In this document: positions 1 to 7,497 of the stretch, piece after piece
How the letters are laid out: each line of letters begins with the position of its first letter
Numbering within the stretch: position 1 is the stretch's first letter
Assembly: GCF_006345805.1 (NCBI RefSeq)
Contig: NW_021827250.1
Span: 1-10,921, forward strand
Length of the DNA stretch: 10,921 nucleotides
Source: Octopus sinensis
Lineage: Eukaryota
Direction of reading: 5' to 3'
The notes under the pieces: generated by a model
Databases searched by the model: none
The model's input: only the letters and a program-made list of their open reading frames with translations
What the model was told of the DNA's origin: nothing
Program-made: the position numbers and the translations under genes

Positions 1-64
1 TCTCTAAAAATGCTTATATAGTTATTTCCCTTACAAACCCGAGCAACGCCGGCAATACTGCTAG
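1..64 (+). mobile_element. 3' end of an upstream non-autonomous Helitron copy, cut by the window edge
   Basis: Nearly identical to 517-581. GC-rich hairpin CCCGAGCAACGCCGG (38-52) lies about 8 nt before terminal CTAG (61-64), followed by T. This is the canonical Helitron 3' signature. Confidence 0.8.
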
Positions 65-581
65 TATATATATAAAACTGTAGTTGTGTGAGTGTCTGTC
101 TTCTACGATTTAGATTCCTAACTCCTCCCACATTTTGCGGTGCAGTTTAACCAACAAATTCGGGTATCTTATAGTTGTGATTAAATATCGAGCCCGTCTG
201 GCTATTAGCGCGCGTCTACGATGAGTCTACGATTTTTTAAAATAATTTAACATAATTTTTTATTCCATTTTAATGCATAATTTTTTTCGTGTGTCGATGG
301 CGGCGGAGTTGGCGTCCATGCTCAACACCTGCACCTGTGTTTGCTTCTCCCCCTTTCTTCCCCCCTCGTGAAGCTGTGGGGAAGGGAGTTTAAGGAAATC
401 AACGTCGTATGCGTTGTCAAGGAGACCAGCGTTCTTTTAGAACAACGACTTCATGGCTTGAAGACACCAAAACAAATGGCTAAGAAAGCCCGAATTGGCA
501 TCTATAAGGAAGTAACTCTCTAAAAATGCTTATATAGTTATTTCCCTTACAAACTCGAGCAACGCCGGGCGATACTGCTAG
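65..581 (+). mobile_element. Non-autonomous Helitron unit (about 517 bp), head-to-tail with the previous copy
   Basis: Starts TATATATATAAAACTG directly after CTAG. Ends with hairpin CTCGAGCAACGCCGGG (554-569), then CGATACTG, then CTAG (578-581) followed by T. Internal TCTACGAT repeats, no TIRs, no credible ORF. The canonical 5' TC is not visible at the tandem junction. Confidence 0.75.
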
Positions 582-605
582 TATGTATATATATATATAT
601 ATATA

Positions 606-782
606 GGTATCTATAGATCATTAGCCACTAAACCTTTTTCTATTTTCTCTTCCTGTTCCTTTCTGTCGAAGAGCGTAGGCTCGAAGCGTAAAAGACTTTC
701 TCACTTGCCGAGCAACAAACTAATACATCTGTTTATTTTTTACACATTCGGCTTCATTTTTTTTTTTTTTGTAAATTCTCAC
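606..782 (+). mobile_element. Short PLE-related (pLTR/retrozyme-like) element with a degenerate hammerhead, flanked by (TA)n
   Basis: TA tracts on both sides. Contains CTTT-CTGTCGA-A-GAGC gtag GCTC-GAAG-CGT-A-AAAG (659-694). Same layout as the minus-strand unit at 6136-6322. Confidence 0.6.
659..694 (+). ncRNA. Degenerate minimal type I hammerhead ribozyme (PLE-type)
   Basis: Stem I CTTT(659-662)/AAAG(691-694); core CTGTCGA (A6 replaced by T); stem II GAGC/GCTC with GTAG loop; GAAG instead of GAAA; then CGT-A. Two core substitutions suggest it is inactive. Confidence 0.55.
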
Positions 783-890
783 TATATATAGAGAGAGTGA
801 CAATTCTAAAATGATAATAAACAGAACCAATAATATAGCCGATTGCAGGCCCCCCAAAAAACATTAAATAGCTGAAAGATTAAAATTAAT

Positions 891-1012
891 CAAAGGACAT
901 ACTAAGTATGTCTACCTGCTGGAAATAACAGTCAAAACTCTTATTTTCGGCGATTTAAATAAGAGTTTTAACTGTTATTACCAGGAGGTAGACATACTTA
1001 GTATGTCCTTTG
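891..1012. repeat. Long near-perfect inverted repeat (56-bp arms, 10-nt loop)
   Basis: 891-946 is the reverse complement of 957-1012 with 3 mismatches. Loop is TCGGCGATTT. Imperfect extension to about 881/1021. Confidence 0.95.
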
Positions 1013-1021
1013 CTTATTTTA

Positions 1022-1128
1022 TACACACACACACACACACACACACATACATACATACATACATACATACATACATAGATGGATAGAGAGACAGACAGGT
1101 AGACAGACAGGCAAACGACAGAGAGACA
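1022..1128. repeat. Compound microsatellite (CA)n(TACA)n(GACA)n
   Basis: Directly visible. Confidence 0.95.
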
Positions 1129-1139
1129 AACCGCACAAT

Positions 1140-1309
1140 AGCACCAATTTCAAGGGGAGGAGTTTCGTCGATAACACTGACCTCAGTACATTACTACTAA
1201 TTTATTTTTATCCATCATGAATGAAATGCAAGATTGACCACGTGAGCGCCGGACGAAGTGCCACCAAGCATTTTTTTCCGATGCGCTAATGAGTCTGCTA
1301 GCTCACCGC
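1140..1309 (-). mobile_element. Old, internally deleted tRNA-derived SINE of the same family as 1319-1533
   Basis: Collinear degenerate similarity to the adjacent SINE: AAGCATTT...CCG.TG.GCTAA...TCTGC.AGCTC.CC head and GTCGAT...GACC.CAGTAC body. Confidence 0.7.
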
Positions 1310-1318
1310 AACAAATAA

Positions 1319-1533
1319 CCTTTTCTATTCTAGGCGCAAGGCCCTTAATTTTGGGGCAGGGTGGGGGCAGTCGATTCGATCGACCCCAGTACGCAGCTGG
1401 TACTTAATGTATCAACCCCGAAAGGATGACAAGCAAAGTCGACCTCGGTGAATTTGAACTCAGAACGTAAAGATAGACGAACTACCGCTAAGCATTTCGC
1501 CCGGTGTGCTAACGTTTCTGCCAGCTCGCCTCC
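1319..1533 (-). mobile_element. tRNA-derived SINE (octopus-type) with a 16-bp target-site duplication
   Basis: Minus strand reads GGAGGCGAGCTGGCAGAAACGTTAG (A box), GAGTTCAAATTC (B box), a central TCATCCTTTCGGGGTTGATACATTAAGTACCAG block resembling the Meta-SINE core, and an A-rich tail TAGAATAGAAAAGG. TSD TCACCGCAAC(A/G)AATAA at 1303-1318 and 1536-1551. Confidence 0.9.
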
Positions 1534-1893
1534 TTTCACCGCAACGAATAATACACACAGTTACATAAAAACACTGCAATTCCTTTAACGATCTAAACAA
1601 TATACGCATGCACATGTGCTCATAGACGTACACTCATACGCACATCATCCCCAAGTCAACTACAACACATTGCCTACCGTCCGTTCCACGCTACTTAACA
1701 CAACCACTTGGTAAATATCTTTCTACATCTTCTCAGACCACCAACCAATTATTATAATAGCATTCTCATAAATCCGAACAAAACTGAGAAATACTTTTTC
1801 AAACTTCAAATAAGCCCAGAAGTTTGAACCAACAGATTCTTGCGTTTTTGAGAAGTCACCTATATTACAAATACCAGAAACATTTGCAGTCAT

Positions 1894-1897
<4 letters not shown>

Positions 1898-1950
<53 letters not shown>

Positions 1951-2024
1951 CACACACACACATACATACATATGTGTGTCTGTGCACGCGTTTGCGTGTG
2001 TGTGTGTGTGTGTGTATATATATA
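1898..2024. repeat. Compound (CA)n/(TA)n/(TG)n microsatellite
   Basis: Directly visible. It explains ORFs 1723..2088 and 1824..2030. Confidence 0.95.
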
Positions 2025-2369
2025 ATTTAATAACAGTTTGACTCAGATCCATGCAACTTAAAGTTTCGTAGACTTGTACAACGACCATAACTCATCGGGC
2101 GCCTGGGGTAAACGTGACAAAATATGAGATAGAGTAGTTTCTAGATTTTAGGCCTCTATTGGTCAATTGAGGTCACGTTCTGCTATTGGTCTGGAAGCGA
2201 CATGAATTATTTTCTTTGTTCTTAAGCCCATGTAGTCGGACAGGATGTTGGTGTCACCGCTATATCGGGAAGCTTTGATATGGTTTATTTAGCAACATAG
2301 TTCGTCGCATTTAATGCTACATAGAAGAACGGGGTCGGCGTGTTGACGACGTTTAGTGGCCTTTTCGAA

Positions 2370-2573
2370 TGGAGTATCATTGACTAGGTCTCTCCGTATT
2401 CACCTGGAACTCACAACTGCCAACTCTGTCTCCGCGAGAAACAACACAAATGTCGTCAACCTGCAGACTCTATCAACGAGGAGAATGAACTATCTTATTG
2501 TTGCCAACAGAGGTACGCCCTGTTAATGAACTTCAAATCTCTGGCAGCCAACAATCCAGATATACCATCTTAG
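2370..2573 (+). mobile_element. Highly decayed Penelope-like element (Naiad-type) GIY-YIG endonuclease C-terminal remnant
   Basis: Manual translation from 2370 gives WSIID*VSPYSPGTHNCQLCLREKQHKCRQPADSINEENELSYCCQQRYALLMNFKS...S*. This fits the W.I....PY......C.LCL.EK......LN...EL...C....LL.N pattern I recall for the Naiad-type PLE C-terminus. The element probably extends from about 2150 to 2660. Confidence 0.6.
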
Positions 2574-2929
2574 ACCTCTGGGTTTAGTAGAGATGGGAAG
2601 TCAATGGTAAGTTCGTGAAACTCGACAAAAAGACTCTGACAAACGTAGCTGATTTATAAATTAAGTGAAATTAATCAAAACGATTTGTTAATTGGTTGAA
2701 TGCTTTACTAGTTGACTAATAATGATTATAACTACAGTAATGAAATAGAACCAGTATGTGTTTTTTATTGGCATAATAACCCTCCAAAGATACAGCAAGT
2801 ACAAACACAAAATATATATTGTTGTATCTTGGAATTTAAGATATATATATATTATTTACAAGTCTAACCAATAACACCAATTCCCACTTCAAACTAAACA
2901 AAAGCGTCCAGCAATAACTTTCTCTCAAC

Positions 2930-3075
2930 CTACATCCTGCAAACATTCTTTTCTCCCATCTTCTGTATTTCTCTTTCTATACATCTACATCCCAGGTCAA
3001 TATACACGGCTAATTCTTATTTCACATAGCTACCCCAACTCTGGAAAAACAACTTGCCAAAGAGTATAAAACCAT
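2930..3075 (+). mobile_element. Possible ancient LINE ORF2 C-terminal remnant
   Basis: From 3009: ANSYFT*LPQLWKNNLPKSIKP, which resembles the NSFF.R...LWN.LP motif ending CR1/L2/Jockey-group ORF2. The match is short and degenerate. Confidence 0.35.
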
Positions 3076-3242
3076 AAGTAAGTCAGCTGTAGTACAGTTT
3101 GACGATGCTAGCAGGTGGAAATTTCATTCTCTTTCAGTTCTCTTGTGCTCTACTAAAAAGCTGTCAGCAATTCTTCAGTAAAATGATAAATTATTTTAAC
3201 ATATAACTAGACATAAACACACGCTCACACACGCACACATAT

Positions 3243-3319
3243 GGCAGGTTTCTACGCAGTAAGATAGAAACCGAGACCACGAGATTTTAAAACGAATTTC
3301 TCAATCCACAGCCAAGCCT
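3243..3319 (-). mobile_element. Degenerate, internally deleted SINE remnant
   Basis: Minus strand begins AGGCTTGGCTGTGGATTGAGAAATTCG...TCGTGGTCTCGGTTTCTAT (decayed A and B boxes), then jumps to an ACTGCGTAGAAACCTGCC tail running into (TG)n. Confidence 0.45.
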
Positions 3320-3677
3320 ATACATATGTATTTGTGTGTATGAATGTGTATATACGTGTATGTGTGTGTCTGTGTGTGTGCGTGCATAAATTGAAAGAAA
3401 TTAAAAAATATAAATTCAGTTGATTGATGAGAGTTAAGCATCCTGCGCAAGGACTGGACGATGTCACAGCAAGAAGCGACAAAGTACTTCAGCCGTCCTC
3501 CCTATTTGTTGAACATCATCCAATCAATTTGGTCCTTTCCCATAGCATTCATTCCCGTCGCCTACCACAATACACACATGAAAAACAAACAAAGACAAAA
3601 ACAAAACAAATGAACCGCATCAATGTCCATTGGAACTCGCATTTAAATATATCATATATTTCTACTGCATAAATTAA

Positions 3678-3843
3678 ACTACCTCCACAACCACCACCAA
3701 CACCACCACCTCCATCACCATCACCACCACCATCACTACTATCAGAACTGTTATTGCTGCTGCTGCTGCAACTACTACTAAGCGATCTCCACTCCGACAA
3801 ACACCACATACCACCAGCATCAATTAGAACAGCAATAACAAGA

Positions 3844-3876
<33 letters not shown>

Positions 3877-3877
3877 G
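3678..3877. repeat. Trinucleotide low-complexity tract (CAC/CAT, CTG, CTA)
   Basis: Directly visible. Perfect (CTA)n at about 3844-3876. Confidence 0.9.
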
Positions 3878-4166
3878 CCAGCAGCCCTTTTCGGCAACCA
3901 TCTCCTAATAATCTATTTGATATTTGTCTGTGTCAGCTCTAGTTATCACAAGTGAACCGTCCCATGGCCAGGGACGGTTCATCGACCACATTACACAGGC
4001 TTGACATTTGCCATGCCATCAAGTGTGGAAAGCAGCGAATCAATGGCTGGCCATTGATTGATAAGTGATGGAGGCGGTGGAGGGCGATGAAGGTGACCGT
4101 GCTCGCTGGTGGTGGTGAAGGGTTATTGGGAAGTGGTCTCCATTTGAGCATGTATCAAAATCTATC

Positions 4167-4169
4167 ATG

Positions 4170-4201
<32 letters not shown>

Positions 4202-4458
4202 CAACAACCACCACCACCACAAAAGTCGTGTCCTTATAATAATAATGATAACAATAATGACGATGATCATGATGATGACGAGAATGATGATGATGATGAT
4301 GATGATGATAATGATGACGATGACGACGAAGGTGACGATGATGATGACGACGACGATGGTGATGACGATGATGGTGATGATGATGACGACGACGGCGATA
4401 GGGATGATGATGATGATTAAGAGGAGGAGGTGGAGGGGGAAGGTAATCATGATGATGT
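4167..4458. repeat. In-phase trinucleotide tract (CAC)(AAC)(ATA)(GAT/GAC/GGT)n
   Basis: Directly visible. It generates the poly-T/N/H/M ORF 4167..4484. Confidence 0.95.
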
Positions 4459-4482
4459 ATTTGTTTTTATCGAACTTCGCAT

Positions 4483-4537
4483 GAACGAGAAAAATGAAAA
4501 ACAAAAAGAGAAGGGTGAAAGAAGAAACAAGAAAGAG

Positions 4538-4568
<31 letters not shown>

Positions 4569-4800
4569 AACAGATAGAGATAGATAGATAGATGGAGAGA
4601 GAGAGAGAGAGAGAGAGGATGAAGGAGGGAATGAGGGCGGAAGGGAGGGAGAGAGGGGGGGGAGAGAAAAGAGAGAGAGTGAGTGAGGGAGAGAGAGAGA
4701 GAAAAGACGTAGGGGATTTTAAGAAAGGAAAAGGAAGTGGGATGATGGGTGAAAGGAAAAAGAAAGAGGGAAGGTAGAAGGGAAATGAAAACAATAAAAT
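4483..4800. repeat. Polypurine tract with (GA)n and (GATA)n
   Basis: Almost purely A/G on the + strand for about 300 bp. Confidence 0.95.
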
Positions 4801-5056
4801 ATAAGATTGGTCGGATGGGAGTAAAGAATGGAACAAGAGGATAGCCTAAGGAATAGGTGGAGGTATATTTAGGAGTACTGAGCAAAGTAGTGATGTTGGT
4901 GGTGGTGGTGGTGGTGGACGCAACGTAATTACAAACAGCTAGAGGCAATTACTGAGGCTTGAACACTCCCACCCATGCGCCATCTATCAAGCAACTGAAA
5001 CGTTGAAATAAGCAATGCCAATGCAACTAGTCCCAATGCAACCAATCACAAAACAG

Positions 5057-5324
5057 CACCACCACCATACATACACAGACAGACAGATAGACACACACAT
5101 GGATATATGTATGCATATACATATACATATTTATATATGTATATATCAATGTATGTATGTATGTATATATATATATATTATATACATACATACATACATA
5201 CATACATACATACATAATATATACATACATACATACATACATACATACATACATACATACATACATACATACATACATACATACATACATACATGTGTGT
5301 GTGTGTATGTATATAGGCACACAC
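5057..5324. repeat. Compound microsatellite dominated by (TACA)n, with (TA)n and (TG)n
   Basis: Directly visible. It explains the HTYI and MYVC ORFs. Confidence 0.95.
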
Positions 5325-6135
5325 AATCAATTTATAAAGATGGATAAATAGCAGCAAAGCACAATAGGAAAAGGGCAGGATATTTAATGTGGGAGTCTAC
5401 TAAAATTCAGTTGTAATGTGAATACAACCGAGTAGTTTTGAAAAAAAAACCTGTTATTAGGAACTTGAAATTTGAATATAGAATATATATAAAACAAGAG
5501 AAATCCTTCATCTATACTAAGTTTATGGAAAAGGTATTTATGGTTGGAAGGAGAGATGAGTGAAGAAAATGTCGAAGATAGAAGGAAAGTAGGGGTTGAT
5601 ACACGACTGAAGCGTTTAAAATTTGTTAGGTGGAATGGTTAAAAAAGAATTTTTGTAAAAGAATCAGTGTTAATTTTAGGTATGAAAATAATTAGATGTA
5701 TGATAATGAAAGTGTGGGTTGCTATTGCATAGGATTAAGTTTACGATAGCATTTTATTAGGGGGAATTAAAGGAAATTTATGTGAGGAAGATTCACGTGA
5801 CTTGATGGATACGCAGAGCAACGTCATCGGAAGTTTCCTATAAGGTCGAACAGAAGAAACCAGAATAAACATGATCAAACCTGCTGTCTCCAATAGCAAA
5901 ACGAATGGATGCATTACCACAACAATGGCTGAATATTGCTTTTGAACTGGCATAGAAGATAGAGGCTTACGTGCTACGGGTGACAGCAACTGGTTTAGTG
6001 GAAGTCGTTGCAGTATCACTACTTGATACTCTCGTTTCATTCCCGTTTGTGAAGCATAAGATGGTCCTGAGACCAAAGAAGGTGGGTCTCTCTCTGATAA
6101 GTGAATATCCACTGTATATATATATATTATATATA

Positions 6136-6322
6136 GTTAATCCAAACAGGAAAACGCAACAACGCGAGGACGTGAAACAAGTATAGTAATATTGGACGCT
6201 CAGAAAAGGAGAGAAGGAGGGTTTAACGTTTCGTCAGAAACATAGGAAAAGGAAAGGTCCAAAGAAGGTCAAGACGGAGGAAAAAAATTCGCCAACGGTA
6301 CACACGCGGTCACATTTTGAAT
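6136..6322 (-). mobile_element. Short PLE-related (pLTR/retrozyme-like) element with a stem-II-deleted hammerhead, flanked by (TA)n
   Basis: TA tracts at 6115-6135 and 6325-6340. Minus strand GTTT-CTGACGAAACGT-T-AAAC (6241-6221) is followed by a CT-rich stretch, then CTGAGCG and AATA, paralleling 606-782. Confidence 0.6.
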
Positions 6323-6342
6323 GATTATATATATATATATTA

Positions 6343-6673
6343 AAGACCCCCTTCGGTCATGAATGACCATGGGATTGCACCTAGAAAGTTACCCTCCTAG
6401 ACACAAGTCCGGGCAAGGTTGTTTATGGAAGACCAGCAGTCGCCCATGCATACCAGCCTCCCCTCTCCACGCCACCAGTGTTATCCAAGGGAAAGACAAA
6501 GGTCGATACAGCTTGGCACCTGTGACGTCGCAACTCATTTCTACAGCTGAGTGAACTGGAGCAACGTGAAATAAAGTGCCTTGCTCAAGAACACAACACG
6601 CAGCCCGGTCCGGGATTCGAGCTCACAACCTCACGATCGTAAGCTCGACGCTCTAACCACTGAGCCATGCGCC
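6343..6673 (-). mobile_element. Full-length tRNA(Arg)-derived CORE-type SINE (octopus OR-like)
   Basis: Minus strand GGCGCATGGCTCAGTGGTTAGAGCG (A box), anticodon-like loop TTACGAT (ACG), GAGCTCGAATCC (B box), CORE-like GTGTTCTTGAGCAAGGCACTTTA, and 3' hairpin GGTCATTCATGACC. Lies within TA repeats. Confidence 0.9.
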
Positions 6674-6678
6674 TTCAC

Positions 6679-6808
6679 TAATATATATATATTATATAAT
6701 ATATAATATATATATATTATATATATTATATATTATATATATATATATATATGTGTTAATTTGTATACATATATATATATATATATTATATGTATACATA
6801 TATATCTA

Positions 6809-6857
<49 letters not shown>
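6679..6857. repeat. Long imperfect (TA)n tract
   Basis: Directly visible. Confidence 0.95.
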
Positions 6858-6859
<2 letters not shown>

Positions 6860-7430
6860 GTTTTTCTTGTTTCAGCTCAGAGCTGCGGCATGCTGATGCA
6901 CCGCCGTTTTGTGCTACACTGTTATTGCGAAGAACCTCGTCTAATATGTGGCACTTGGTGAAGAATAGAGTTTGATATAGCTACTCTCATGTGCACCCCT
7001 TGCCGTGAGGTAGGTTCATCTGGGACTCTCGACAGGAAGATGTCGAGCTTTGATTTAAAAACCGCTACATCTACTTTGTGCAAGTTCCTCAGACTCTTTG
7101 GGAGAATATTAGAAATCTGTGGGCCCTTGAAACCCAGGCTGTTGCAGAAGCTGGTCCTGAAGCGTGATGGCATTGCTGGGATCTTTGGCACTATGCAGTG
7201 TCGTCCCGTTCTAGCATTGGTGTAGCTTACAATGCCAAAATTTGGCACAATTCCTTCCAGGATTTTCCAGACATATATTACTGCATACCTCTCCCGTCCT
7301 CTCTCCAGGGAGTAGAGTCTTAGCTGTTTCAACCTTTCCCAGTAGCTGAGCTGTTGCAAAGAGACGATCTTCTGGGGTTCTGTATTTTCCGCGAGACTTT
7401 CGTATCGTCTGCATAGCTGGCCAGAGTGGC
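6860..7430 (-). mobile_element. 5'-truncated, internally deleted CR1-group non-LTR retrotransposon (ORF2 remnant plus 3' UTR)
   Basis: From 7430: ATLASYADDTKVSRKIQNP (RT catalytic YADD at 7415-7404), joined in another frame to LSYWERLKQLRLYSLERGRERYAVIYVWKILEG...NILPKSLRN...FKSKLDIFLSRVPDEP, stop at 6922. Short 3' UTR with hairpin CAGCT-CTG-AGCTG and an A-rich tail. Confidence 0.9.
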
Positions 7431-7459
7431 TATATATATAATATATATATGTGTATATA

Positions 7460-7497
<38 letters not shown>

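Noticed and set aside
341-523. 60-aa ORF inside the Helitron unit
   Set aside because: Non-ATG start, short, and no Rep or helicase motifs.
1723-2088. ORFs with CV/HT repeats
   Set aside because: Translations of (CA)n/(TG)n. The CA-versus-TG fold-back is a trivial property of compound microsatellites.
4167-4484. Poly-Met/Thr/Asn/His ORF
   Set aside because: Pure trinucleotide-repeat artefact.
4040-4948. 302-aa hydrophobic ORF resembling a membrane protein
   Set aside because: The Leu/Ser and Ile/Val runs are translations of (TC)n and (ATC)n microsatellites. Only the last ~40 codons are non-repetitive and are treated separately.
5015-5351. HTYI and MYVC repeat ORFs
   Set aside because: Translations of (TACA)n.
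5380-6112. 123-aa ORF (5741..6112) and a possible decayed LINE 3' end (NSFF-like at about 5640-5680, minus strand)
   Set aside because: No recognisable domain, and the motif similarity is too weak to support. The region is left unassigned.
6600-6673. Possible tRNA-Arg(ACG) gene
   Set aside because: The acceptor and anticodon stems do not pair properly and the sequence continues into a SINE body, so it is a SINE head.
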